Part shown: positions 29,538-39,064 of the stretch, piece by piece
How positions within the stretch are numbered: position 1 is the stretch's first letter
Layout of the letters: each line of letters opens with the position of its first letter
Assembly: GCA_963676415.1 (NCBI GenBank)
Contig: OY781097.1
Coordinates: 1,596,555-1,660,554, forward strand
Origin: Bacteroidales bacterium
GTDB taxonomy: Bacteria; Bacteroidota; Bacteroidia; Bacteroidales; WRLA01
Length of the DNA: 64,000 nt
Direction: 5' to 3'
Program-made: the position numbers and the translations under genes
Notes under the pieces: generated by a model
Told to the model about the DNA's origin: nothing
Database searches by the model: none
What the model saw: only the letters and a program-made list of their open reading frames with translations

Positions 29538-30167
29538 ATGTATTTTTTTGTAAAACGGCTCATAGACCTGCTGATATCCCTGATTGGACTTGTCCTGTTA
29601 AGCCCGGTTCTTGTTGTGCTCTGTTTTTTCATAATTATCAAATTGGGTCATCCTGCTTTCTTTACACAAATACGTCCGGGAAAAAACGGCAAACCATTTT
29701 TGATGATTAAATTCCGCAGTATGACCAATCAGCTTGATGAAGCCGGAAACCTACTGCCCAATGCTCAACGCATGACCAAATTTGGACGGTTTTTACGTTC
29801 AAGCAGCCTCGATGAATTGCCGGAGTTGATCAATGTGCTCAAAGGCGATATGAGCCTGGTAGGTCCGCGTCCCTTGCTTATGGAATATTTGCCTCTTTAC
29901 AATGAATTTCAAAAAAAACGGATGGACGTTAAACCCGGCATCACCGGGTGGGCACAAATTAATGGAAGAAATGCCCTTTCCTGGGATGAAAAATTTAAGC
30001 TCGATGTTTGGTATGTCGAAAACAGGAGCTTTCTTTTAGATATAAAAGTATTATGGAAAACTTTCCAAAAAGTCTATAAACGTGAAGGAATTGCCCACAG
30101 TGGCGATGTTGCTATGCCGCGTTTCACGGGAAACGGCCCGTCAGAAATTGAAAAAACAGACGAATAA
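29538..30167 (+). CDS. Initiating sugar phosphotransferase (small PglC/WbaP-C type 'bacterial sugar transferase')
   Basis: A single N-terminal re-entrant helix, then KFRSM, DELPQL-like (DELPELINVLKGDMSLVGPRP) and GITGWAQ motifs. Confidence 0.85.
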   Translation: MYFFVKRLIDLLISLIGLVLLSPVLVVLCFFIIIKLGHPAFFTQIRPGKNGKPFLMIKFRSMTNQLDEAGNLLPNAQRMTKFGRFLRSSSLDELPELINVLKGDMSLVGPRPLLMEYLPLYNEFQKKRMDVKPGITGWAQINGRNALSWDEKFKLDVWYVENRSFLLDIKVLWKTFQKVYKREGIAHSGDVAMPRFTGNGPSEIEKTDE

Positions 30168-30177
30168 CTCATAATCT

Positions 30178-30810
30178 ATGAAAAAATCATTGGTCATTAT
30201 AGGCGCCGGAAGCATTGGCGGGCATATCGGATATAACCTGCCGGAATATCAATTGGAAGCATACAGTTTAATGGGTTTTTTAGATGATGATACAAACAAA
30301 ATAGGCAGGGATTTTTGTGGATTTCCGGTACTTGGTGCCGTTGAACATATAGTGAATTTCCCAAAGGATGTTTCTGTTATCGTGGGTGTTGCTTTTCCAC
30401 AAATGAAAAAACACATCATGGATAGGCTGGATAAACTGGGCATTTTTGAATATCCCCCTTTAATTGCAAAATCAGCCTGGATTTCAAATAATGTTCAGGT
30501 AGATGAAGGGGCAATCATTTATCCCGGAACCACTATCAATTATGGCACAATTGTTCGGAAATTTGCGGTGCTGAATATGAATTGTGCTGTGGGCCATGAT
30601 TGTGAAATTGGGGCATACAGCAGCCTGGCTCCGGGCGTGAACCTTGCCGGGCACACCAAACTTGGCCTTTGCGTGGATATGGGCATCGGTTCAGCAACAA
30701 TTCAGGATGTCCGGATTGGCAACAATTGTATTGTTGGAGGGCAAAGCATGCTGATCAAAAACCTGCCCGATAACAGCAAAGCTGTCGGCATTCCTGCCCG
30801 TCCGCTCTAG
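30178..30810 (+). CDS. NeuD/PglD-family sugar N/O-acetyltransferase (left-handed beta-helix)
   Basis: IIGAGSIGGHI Rossmann-like N-domain plus hexapeptide repeats (IGAYSSLAPGVNLAGHTKLG...). Confidence 0.75.
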   Translation: MKKSLVIIGAGSIGGHIGYNLPEYQLEAYSLMGFLDDDTNKIGRDFCGFPVLGAVEHIVNFPKDVSVIVGVAFPQMKKHIMDRLDKLGIFEYPPLIAKSAWISNNVQVDEGAIIYPGTTINYGTIVRKFAVLNMNCAVGHDCEIGAYSSLAPGVNLAGHTKLGLCVDMGIGSATIQDVRIGNNCIVGGQSMLIKNLPDNSKAVGIPARPL

Positions 30811-30830
30811 TTTGCAAACCCTCTGGTTCA

Positions 30831-30875
30831 AAAAAAATCCCCCAAAATTAAATTTTGGGGGATTTTTGTTTTTGC
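30831..30875. terminator. Bidirectional intrinsic terminator between the glycan locus and tnaA
   Basis: aaaaaaatcccccaaaatt / aattttgggggatttttgttttt. A perfect GC-containing stem is flanked by an A-run and a T-run. Confidence 0.8.
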
Positions 30876-30891
30876 TAAAAACCAATCAAGC

Positions 30892-32268
30892 TTACTTCTT
30901 CTTCAGCTCTACGGTGAAATGCCTCATAATCGGGACTTCGTAAGTGATTTCGTAGCCGCTGGTAATTTCATTTCTGCGGTCGTAAACATTTTTAAGCGCG
31001 GCAGCAATGACATCCATATGGTTATTGGTATATACCCTGCGGGGAATTGCCAGGCGAAGCAGTTCCAGGTCAGGATAGCGGTTTTCGCGGGTTTCCGGAT
31101 CGCGGTCGGCAAGCAAAGTGCCTATTTCCACGCCACGGATACCGGCTTCGATATATAATTCAATGGCAAGCGTTTGTGCCACATAATCTTCTTTGGGCAG
31201 TTGCGGAAGGACTTTCTTGGCATCAACAAAAACAGCATGACCACCAATCGGGCGCTGTGTCGGGACACCGTATTCCTTCAGTTTGTCGCCAAGATATTCC
31301 ACTTGTTTGATGCGGGTTTCCAGATAATCAAATTCGGTTCCTTCATCCAGCCCCATGGCCAAAGCATTCATGTCACGGCCCGACATCCCACCATAGGTGA
31401 TATAGCCTTCGAACATAATATTGTACATTGATGCTTGCTTAAACAGGCTTTCTTCTTTAAAACCAATAAAACCGCCCATATTTACAATGGCATCTTTCTT
31501 GCTCGACATGGTAGCCAGATCGGCATATTTGTACATCTCTTTTACGATTTCCTTGATGCTCCAGTCTTTGTAGGCTTCTTCGCGCAACTTGATGAAGTAG
31601 GCATTTTCGGCAAAACGGGCACTGTCAAAGCAAATGCGTGTACCGTATTTTTTAGCCAGTTCGTAAACTGCTTTGATGTTTTCCAATGAAACAGGCTGTC
31701 CGCCGGATGAATTACAGGTAACCGTAACAATCACCATGGGGATTTTCTCAACCGGATGGCTTTTGAGCACATCTTCCAGCTTTTCGAGATTGATGTTTCC
31801 TTTAAAAGGATGATCCATTTCCGTATGGAAAGCTTCGTCGATGGTGCAATCCACTGCTTTTGCCTTGCGGAATTCGATATGGCCTTTAGTGGTATCGAAG
31901 TGGGAATTGCCGGGGATGATATCGCCTTCTTTGATCAACAACGAGAAAAGCACATTTTCGGCAGCACGCCCCTGATGTGTTGGCAGGAAGTAATCGAAGC
32001 CCAGAATGTTTTTTAGGGCATTCTTCATTTTATAATAAGAAGAAGCACCGGCATAGCTTTCGTCGCCAAGCATCAGCTCCGACCACTGGCGGTCGCTCAT
32101 AGCGCCTGTACCGCTATCGGTCAGCAGGTCGATAAAAACCTGGTCGCTTTTGAGGTTAAACAAATTATACTTTGCGTCTTTGATCCACTGGATGCGTTCT
32201 TCGCGAGTAGAGCGGCGGATAGGCTCTACCATTTTAATTTTATATGATTCTGAAAATGGAATTTCCAT
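30892..32268 (-). CDS. tnaA: Tryptophanase (beta-eliminating lyase family; tyrosine phenol-lyase not excluded)
   Basis: YKIKMVEPI..STREER, DLLTDSGTGAMSDRQW, PTHQGRAAENV and the PLP-lysine region SSKKDAIVNMGG. 458 aa. Confidence 0.75.
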   Translation of the reverse strand: MEIPFSESYKIKMVEPIRRSTREERIQWIKDAKYNLFNLKSDQVFIDLLTDSGTGAMSDRQWSELMLGDESYAGASSYYKMKNALKNILGFDYFLPTHQGRAAENVLFSLLIKEGDIIPGNSHFDTTKGHIEFRKAKAVDCTIDEAFHTEMDHPFKGNINLEKLEDVLKSHPVEKIPMVIVTVTCNSSGGQPVSLENIKAVYELAKKYGTRICFDSARFAENAYFIKLREEAYKDWSIKEIVKEMYKYADLATMSSKKDAIVNMGGFIGFKEESLFKQASMYNIMFEGYITYGGMSGRDMNALAMGLDEGTEFDYLETRIKQVEYLGDKLKEYGVPTQRPIGGHAVFVDAKKVLPQLPKEDYVAQTLAIELYIEAGIRGVEIGTLLADRDPETRENRYPDLELLRLAIPRRVYTNNHMDVIAAALKNVYDRRNEITSGYEITYEVPIMRHFTVELKKK

Positions 32269-32301
32269 AATACCTTGATTTTAAATTTAATAAATGATTT
32301 G

Positions 32302-32335
32302 AAAAATAAAAAAGCCTAAGCTGAGGCCAGCTTAT
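32302..32335 (-). terminator. Terminator-like hairpin plus U-run 33 nt upstream of the tnaA start (candidate attenuator)
   Basis: The minus strand reads ATAAGCTGGCCTCAGCTTAGGCTTTTTTATTTTTC. The stem is taagctg/cagctta and T6AT5 follows. Confidence 0.45.
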
Positions 32336-32761
32336 ACGGTATAATGGAAAGCATCCCGTTCCTTTAGGTTGAGATACCTTTGTATTGCGTGTATGTCTGA
32401 TGATCTTAAGAAATCCATAATCAACAGCTTTGCAGCAAAAGTAAGGATTTTTTAAATCAATTGGACAAAAGTGCTGAATATTTTTTATCTAACTTTCGGA
32501 TAATCAGCACTTTTGTAAAATTTTAAGAAATCTTGTCTTCTATAATCCACCGATGACTTCGAAGTCATCCGATGAATAAAACAGCTTTGCTTATCTGGCA
32601 TGCTATTGGTTTTCAAAAGCAAGCTGTACATTTCATCCGTTCAGATTTAGGAGCAAGCATGCAAACACCAAGATATTTAGATACAAAAATGCTTGTGCTT
32701 CTGCATGAATTATTAAATTTGCAGCCAATGTAAGTTACCAGTAGAATCTAAAATTAACAAA

Positions 32762-33268
32762 ATGAAAAAATTCGTTCTTGCTTTTACAGCATTGTTTTTC
32801 ACTACATTCCTCTTTGCGCAGGAATTTAAAGACTATGGAAAACTTCCTTCCATCGATATTAAAAACATTGATGGTGAAGCTTTTAACACCAGCGAAATTC
32901 AAAATGACGGCAAGCCTGTAGTGGTTTGTTTCTGGGCCACATGGTGCAGCCCCTGTATGGCCGAGCTCAATGCAATCAGCGATATGTATGCCGATTGGGT
33001 TGACGATTATGGCGTGAAGCTTTATGCGGTTTCGGTTGACAATGCCCGCTCATCATCACGTGCCAAATCTACTGCCAATGGCAATGGCTGGGAATTTGAA
33101 GTACTGCTCGATCCCAACAACGATTTTGGAAAATCCATGCAGGTAGCCAATCCTCCAAAAACATTCATCCTCAATGGCGATGGAACCATTGTTTGGCAAC
33201 ATGTTAAATATGCGCCCGGTGATGAGGAAGAGTACGAAGAAGTACTGAAAAAACTCACCGAAGAATAA
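32762..33268 (+). CDS. TlpA-like thiol:disulfide oxidoreductase (thioredoxin fold)
   Basis: Signal peptide and WATWCSPC active site. 168 aa. Confidence 0.8.
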   Translation: MKKFVLAFTALFFTTFLFAQEFKDYGKLPSIDIKNIDGEAFNTSEIQNDGKPVVVCFWATWCSPCMAELNAISDMYADWVDDYGVKLYAVSVDNARSSSRAKSTANGNGWEFEVLLDPNNDFGKSMQVANPPKTFILNGDGTIVWQHVKYAPGDEEEYEEVLKKLTEE

Positions 33269-33305
33269 ACGATCCCCCTAATTTTCAAACCAAAACCAGG
33301 ATATC

Positions 33306-35012
33306 TTGAAAACACTGAAAAACTTTAAAGCCCTCCTGTTTGTCATGCTGATGCTTCCTTTAGCATCGACTGCCCAGGATGTGCTCGAAACCATAAAATC
33401 CGGTCAGGTGCGCGGCGATTACCAGATAAACGCACAATATTATGTGACCGATTCAGCGATTGGCGCCTATGAAGTTCCCGAGAAATTCAAAATGAACGCC
33501 TACGGTAATATTCTTTATACCAATGGAAATTTCACTGCCGGCTTGCGCTATGAAGCCTATCTGAACCCACTCGAAGGATTTGACCCACGTTATAAAGGCA
33601 ATGGCATTCCTTATCGCTTTGTTTCTTACAAAACTGATTTTATCGAGCTTACAGCCGGTAATTTCTACGAACAATTTGGTAGTGGCCTTATTTTCCGTTC
33701 TTATCAGGAATGGACTCTGGGCTACGACAATTCCGTTGATGGTATCAATGTAAAACTCAAGCCTTTCAAAGGCGTTACCCTCAAAGGGATTTATGGAACC
33801 CAGCGCTTCTTCTGGGAGCAGGGTCCAGGAATCATCCGCGGCGGCGATGCCGAATTTTTCCTCAACGACATCTTTCCTTCAATGGCGGAGAGCAAGCTGC
33901 GCCTTACGCTGGGCGGTAGCGGCATCAGCAAATACCAGGAAGCACAGGACATTGAAATCAATACCGAAACCGATACTTCCTACAATATCTATGCGCTTAA
34001 GCTGCCCCTTAATGTAGCTGCTTATGCCGGACGTATGCGTTTGAATTACGGAGGTTTCAGCCTCGAAGGGGAATACGCTTATAAAATGAATGATCCTTCA
34101 GCGCTTAATAACTTCATTTATAAATCGGGTGATGCTCTGCTCATCAATGCTACTTATTCGCAAAAAGGGCTGGGGATTTTCTTTTCGGCCAAGCGTACCG
34201 ACAATATGAGTTATAAATCCAACCGCCTGGAACAGGGAAATGCCCTTGATATCAACTTCCTTCCTCCGGTTACCAAGATGCATACCTACAGCCTCATCAG
34301 CATGTATCCTTATGCAACACAGCCCAATGGCGAAATTGGTTTCCAGGGACAGGTAATCTATACATTCCCGCGCAAATCTACACTGGGCGGAAAATACGGA
34401 ACAACCGTTACGGCGCATTATTCGCAGGTAAATTCACTGAATCTCAACCCGATCAATGGCGAAACAGCCATTGGTCAAAGCGGTACAGATGGCTATGAAT
34501 CTGAGTTTTTCGCTTTTGGCGATGAAAAATATTTTTCTGATATGCACATTGAAATCAGGAAAAAGCTCAACCGTAATTTTAAATTGAAAGCCACTTATTT
34601 CAATATTTTCTACAATATGGAAGTTATTGAAGGCCATACCGGAGCTGCGGACGTATATGCCAATGCAGGTATTCTTGATATGACGTATAAATTTAATCGT
34701 AAATACAGTTTGCATGGTATGTTCCAGGGTCTGTTTACCAAGCAGGATGAAGGCGACTGGGTAGCTGCATTTCTGGAGTTGAACCTCGGATCAAAATTAT
34801 TTTTTGCCCTCGGCGATGAGTACAATTACGGAAATCCGGATACAGACCGCCGCTATCATTACTATACAGTTGCTGCAGGATATACGCACAATACCACACA
34901 AATTTCGCTGCGCTACGGAAGGCAACGCGAAGGAATCCTTTGTGTAGGTGGTGTTTGCCGCAATGTGCCGGCCAGCAACGGATTAACCCTGACATTAACC
35001 AGCAGCTTCTAA
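33306..35012 (+). CDS. Predicted outer-membrane beta-barrel protein (DUF6029-like)
   Basis: Signal peptide (TTG start). Alternating aromatic/hydrophilic beta-strand pattern. C-terminal LTLTLTSSF ends in Phe. The family name is recalled from memory and was not searched. Confidence 0.5.
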   Translation: MKTLKNFKALLFVMLMLPLASTAQDVLETIKSGQVRGDYQINAQYYVTDSAIGAYEVPEKFKMNAYGNILYTNGNFTAGLRYEAYLNPLEGFDPRYKGNGIPYRFVSYKTDFIELTAGNFYEQFGSGLIFRSYQEWTLGYDNSVDGINVKLKPFKGVTLKGIYGTQRFFWEQGPGIIRGGDAEFFLNDIFPSMAESKLRLTLGGSGISKYQEAQDIEINTETDTSYNIYALKLPLNVAAYAGRMRLNYGGFSLEGEYAYKMNDPSALNNFIYKSGDALLINATYSQKGLGIFFSAKRTDNMSYKSNRLEQGNALDINFLPPVTKMHTYSLISMYPYATQPNGEIGFQGQVIYTFPRKSTLGGKYGTTVTAHYSQVNSLNLNPINGETAIGQSGTDGYESEFFAFGDEKYFSDMHIEIRKKLNRNFKLKATYFNIFYNMEVIEGHTGAADVYANAGILDMTYKFNRKYSLHGMFQGLFTKQDEGDWVAAFLELNLGSKLFFALGDEYNYGNPDTDRRYHYYTVAAGYTHNTTQISLRYGRQREGILCVGGVCRNVPASNGLTLTLTSSF

Positions 35013-35029
35013 ACTAAAACAGAATAACA

Positions 35030-35890
35030 ATGAAAAGAACAGCATATATTTTTATAGCAATACTGGCCGCACTTTTTATTCTGGAAAGCTGCGATAAAGT
35101 TGATGAACCTTATACTGTACTGGTGGACAGCGTGAAAAAAGGTGGAGGTGAAAATTATGATTCCACAAAGCGCGTTGTTTTGCTCGAAGACTATACCGGA
35201 CACCGTTGTGTAAACTGCCCTACAGCAGCACATGATGCGCATATCAAGCAAATGGCAATGGGCAAAAACCTGGTGATTATTGCAATACATGCAGGTTATT
35301 TTGCCGAGCCGACCAATAGTTTACCTGAAGATTTCCGCTGTACAACCGGAAACGAACTCGATGAGTATTATGGTGTGAGCCTCGTTGGAAATCCAAACGG
35401 AATTATTAACCGTACGGCGTTCAATGACAACCTCATCCTAGGGCCGGGCTCATGGAATGATGCCATAAATACAGAATACGAAAAGCCAAAAATGGCCAAA
35501 ATCCGCATGAATGCCGAGCTTTCAGGAGATAAAGTAAGCGGAAGCGTTCAGGTGGAAGCTATTGAACCATTAAGCGGTGATTATAAAATTTGTGTTTATG
35601 TTGTAGAAGACAGCATCGTAGCACCACAGGAAAACAATAATGAAGAAATCGGCCCTACTCCGCATTGGGAAGATTATGTACACCGTCATGTTTTGCGTGG
35701 TTCTGTAAACGGCACCTGGGGCTCATATATTATCAATGGCAACCTCGCTGTTGGCAATAAAGAAAGTTACAGCTTCAGCGATTATGTTCTGGATCCGGAA
35801 TGGAATAAAGAGCAGATACATCTGATAGCTATCCTTTATCATGCTGAAAGCCGTGAAGTTATTGAAGCATGGCAAATGCATGTTGAATAA
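35030..35890 (+). CDS. Omp28-related outer-membrane lipoprotein with thioredoxin-like CxxC
   Basis: Lipobox ILESC. LLEDYTGHRCVNCP motif. Confidence 0.5.
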   Translation: MKRTAYIFIAILAALFILESCDKVDEPYTVLVDSVKKGGGENYDSTKRVVLLEDYTGHRCVNCPTAAHDAHIKQMAMGKNLVIIAIHAGYFAEPTNSLPEDFRCTTGNELDEYYGVSLVGNPNGIINRTAFNDNLILGPGSWNDAINTEYEKPKMAKIRMNAELSGDKVSGSVQVEAIEPLSGDYKICVYVVEDSIVAPQENNNEEIGPTPHWEDYVHRHVLRGSVNGTWGSYIINGNLAVGNKESYSFSDYVLDPEWNKEQIHLIAILYHAESREVIEAWQMHVE

Positions 35891-35912
35891 AAACAACTAA
35901 TATTAAGGATAT

Positions 35913-35945
35913 AAGCGCAGGACTTATGTTCTGCGCTTTTTTTTG
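35913..35945 (+). terminator. Intrinsic terminator
   Basis: aagcgcagga-cttatg-ttctgcgctt followed by tttttttt. Confidence 0.75.
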
Positions 35946-35972
35946 TGAAAATATTTTTGCTTTGATTGAGGG

Positions 35973-36716
35973 CTACTTCCTGCTCCTTTGAGCTGCATAA
36001 TGAGCCGCCCCGATGATTCCCGCCTGGTTTTTCAGTAGTGCAGGTATCACCCGTGCTTCATTTTTCAGCTCATGCTCATACCGGTCAAATTTCTTGCTGG
36101 CGCCACCACCGAGGATAAACAAATCGGGCGAAAACAGGCGCTCCAGGTGCAGCAGGTATTGGTTGAAGCGTTTTCCCCATTTGTCCCATTTAAGGTCCAA
36201 TCGTTCGCGGGCAGCATCCGAGCAGTATTTTTCTGCGATATCGCCTTTAAATTCTAAATGCCCAAATTCGGTATTGGGGATCAGGGTTCCGTCTTTTATC
36301 AATGCTGAGCCTATTCCTGTCCCGATGGTTAAAAGAATGGCCAAACCTTTAAGCCCTTTGCCAGCGCCATATTCCAGTTCTGCAATTCCGGCAGCGTCAG
36401 CATCATTAAGCACGAAAACCTCTTGTCCGCACACATCGCTGAAAAGCTTTTCTGCATCAACATCAACCCAGTTTTTGTGCATATTGGCAGCAGATTTTGC
36501 CACTCCATTATGGATGATACCGGGAAATCCACAGCCTACAGGGCCTTGATAATTAAAATGTTCTACAATTCTTTTTATCGTTTCGGCAACTGCATTCTTT
36601 GTGGCCGGGCGCGGTGTTTCAATTCTGTGCCGCTCCGAGCTAAACGCTCCTTTCTCCAAATCAACCAGAGCCCCTTTTACGCCGCTTCCGCCTATATCTA
36701 TCCCTAAAATATCCAT
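35973..36716 (-). CDS. ROK-family polyphosphate/ATP glucokinase
   Basis: MDILGIDIGGSGVKGALVD. ~247 aa with no Cys-rich ROK zinc motif, as in PpgK-type enzymes. The start was moved to the ATG at 36716. Confidence 0.65.
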   Translation of the reverse strand: MDILGIDIGGSGVKGALVDLEKGAFSSERHRIETPRPATKNAVAETIKRIVEHFNYQGPVGCGFPGIIHNGVAKSAANMHKNWVDVDAEKLFSDVCGQEVFVLNDADAAGIAELEYGAGKGLKGLAILLTIGTGIGSALIKDGTLIPNTEFGHLEFKGDIAEKYCSDAARERLDLKWDKWGKRFNQYLLHLERLFSPDLFILGGGASKKFDRYEHELKNEARVIPALLKNQAGIIGAAHYAAQRSRK

Positions 36717-36845
36717 AATAATCTGTGTTTGATTTCTCAAAAATATAAAAATAATAGCGTAATACCCATTCGGCCTGCACTCTTCACAAAATTAACCTCA
36801 TGTTTTAATCTTATATTTGCAAATTAAATTTAGAAAAACTGCACT

Positions 36846-38690
36846 GTGCGAAATCTGTTTAAAGTACTGAAATACGCTATACCTTATTGGCGCTATGCGC
36901 TCTTGAACATTGTGTTTAATATTCTCTCCATAATATTTTCACTTTTTTCATTTGCCCTTTTTATTCCCGTCCTTGAAATATTATTTGATCAAACCAAGCG
37001 GATTTCGCAAGCACCTCCTCCCATAGACTGGGGCCTTGGTTTTTTCAGTGATGGCGCATTGCTCAAAGCACATTTTTATTATGAAATCAGTCGTGTTATT
37101 GACCGCTATGGCGATATGCACGCCTTGTTTTACATCTCGCTCATCATTGTAATCCTGTTTTTGCTTAAAAACCTTTTCCGTTATCTGGCACAGTTTTTCA
37201 TCGCTCCTTTGCGCAATTTTGTTGTGCAGGATATCCGCAACGCACTCTTTCATAAAATCCTGATCCTTCCACTGGCCTATTTCACTGAAAAAAGAAAAGG
37301 AGATATCATTTCGCGTGTTACTTCCGATGTTTTGGAAGTGGAATGGAGCATCATGACCAGCCTGGAAATGATTTTTCGCGAGCCGATCACCATCATTACG
37401 TTTTTAGGAACGCTTTTTTTTATAAGTCCACAACTTACTTTATTTGTTTTAATCCTGCTGCCCGTCAGTGGTTTTATTATCGGGCGCATTGGCAAAAGCC
37501 TCAGAAAAACTTCCGACCGGGGACAAAAAAAATTAGGCTTTATATTATCTGTTATTGAAGAATCCATATCCGGACTTAGAATTATCAAGGCATTTACAGC
37601 CATTGATTTTACACATGGAAGGTTTAAGGACATTAATCATGATTATGCCAAAGTTATGATTGGGCTTTACCGGAAAAAAGACCTGGCCTCACCGGTCAGC
37701 GAATTTCTCGGCATAACTGTGGTGGTGATGATTGTGTGGTTTGGTGGCCAGTTGGTCCTGGGCGGAAATGGAAAACTTGAGCCTTCTGTTTTTCTGGTGT
37801 ATCTCGGCATTTTCTCACAATTGATTCCTCCGGCAAAAGCGATCACTACCGCTTTGTATAATGTACAAAAGGGCGCTGCATCCGTTGAAAGAATTGAGCA
37901 GGTTTTAAATGCCGATGAGGTGATTGTTGAAAAGAAAAACGCTACAAAAATCAACAAAATCGAAAGCAAAGTTGAATACCGCAATGTATCCTTTAAATAT
38001 GAAGACGATCCGGTATTAAAAAATATTAGTTTTACTATAGATAAAGGGAAAACTATTGCTCTGGTGGGACCATCGGGTGCTGGTAAATCCACCCTTGCCG
38101 ATCTGCTGCCACGCTACTATGATTGCACAGATGGAGGCATATACATTGATGGTCACGACCTGCGCGATATCGTGATTGACGATCTGAGAGCATTGATGGG
38201 CGTAGTAACACAGGAAAGCATTTTGTTCCACGATACGGTTTATAACAACATCTGCATGGGCATAGAAAATGTATCGCAGGAAGATGTCGTTGCTGCAGCA
38301 CGTATTGCCAATGCACACGAATTTATCGAAAAGCTGCCGAAAGGATACCAAACTTTAATTGGTGACCGGGGCACAAAGCTTTCGGGAGGCCAAAGGCAGC
38401 GCCTGAGTATTGCACGAGCTGTATTGCGTAACCCTCAGATTCTTGTGCTCGATGAAGCTACATCAGCCTTGGACACCGAATCCGAACGCCTGGTGCAGGA
38501 TGCCCTTGAAAAACTTCTTGCCAACCGCACTTCTTTGGTCATCGCACACCGCCTATCTACAATTCAGGGGGCCGATGAAATTATTGTGGTGGAAAAAGGT
38601 GAAATTGTTGAGAGGGGAACGCACAGCCAGCTATTGGAAATCAAGGGGTTGTACAGAAAGCTATATCAACTGCAAGGCTTTGGCATTTAG
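36846..38690 (+). CDS. ABC transporter permease/ATPase fusion (MsbA-like exporter)
   Basis: Six-TM N-domain, Walker A GPSGAGKST, signature LSGGQRQR and Walker B ILVLDEATSALD. Confidence 0.8.
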   Translation: MRNLFKVLKYAIPYWRYALLNIVFNILSIIFSLFSFALFIPVLEILFDQTKRISQAPPPIDWGLGFFSDGALLKAHFYYEISRVIDRYGDMHALFYISLIIVILFLLKNLFRYLAQFFIAPLRNFVVQDIRNALFHKILILPLAYFTEKRKGDIISRVTSDVLEVEWSIMTSLEMIFREPITIITFLGTLFFISPQLTLFVLILLPVSGFIIGRIGKSLRKTSDRGQKKLGFILSVIEESISGLRIIKAFTAIDFTHGRFKDINHDYAKVMIGLYRKKDLASPVSEFLGITVVVMIVWFGGQLVLGGNGKLEPSVFLVYLGIFSQLIPPAKAITTALYNVQKGAASVERIEQVLNADEVIVEKKNATKINKIESKVEYRNVSFKYEDDPVLKNISFTIDKGKTIALVGPSGAGKSTLADLLPRYYDCTDGGIYIDGHDLRDIVIDDLRALMGVVTQESILFHDTVYNNICMGIENVSQEDVVAAARIANAHEFIEKLPKGYQTLIGDRGTKLSGGQRQRLSIARAVLRNPQILVLDEATSALDTESERLVQDALEKLLANRTSLVIAHRLSTIQGADEIIVVEKGEIVERGTHSQLLEIKGLYRKLYQLQGFGI

Positions 38691-39004
38691 CAAGGAGCAA
38701 ACCAAAATCAGGTGTCAGAATAATTTCGTTTCTGCCTGTTCGTTTTGTTTGAGGTGCGCGTCATAAAATGGATGGCGCGCATTAAAGGCTATGTCTTCGG
38801 GAAAATAATTCATAAGCAAAAAAGGTCCTTCTCGGTTTTTTGTGGACAATCAAAATTGGTGAACAAATGGAGTAAAACATTGCCAAAGTTCCAAACTTTT
38901 GGAATGTTTGAGCCGGGTCATTCGCTCCAATTTTAATAAAGAAATCAAATTGTATTTCAAGGGTTAATTTTTTTTGTCCACGAAATTTCGAATAGAACCA
39001 AAAA

Positions 39005-39042
39005 AAAGACCTTCAGGCTTTATGGAAAGCTTGAAGGTCTTT
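39005..39042 (-). terminator. Intrinsic terminator for the PKD lipoprotein gene (may also stop the convergent ABC gene)
   Basis: aaagaccttcaggcttt-atgg-aaagcttgaaggtcttt. There is a T8 run on the minus strand. Confidence 0.7.
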
Positions 39043-39064
39043 TAAAAAAATGAAATGTCCTATA

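Noticed and set aside
38715-38813. A 32-aa minus-strand ORF (MNYFPEDIAFNARHPFYDAHLKQNEQAETKLF), and an 8-bp inverted repeat (gtggacaa / ttgtccac, 38842-38981) in the 370-bp gap after the MsbA-like gene.
   Set aside because: The ORF is too short and has no supporting features. The inverted repeat is short and its arms are about 125 nt apart, so it could easily arise by chance. I saw no RNase P, SRP, tmRNA or 6S hallmarks.
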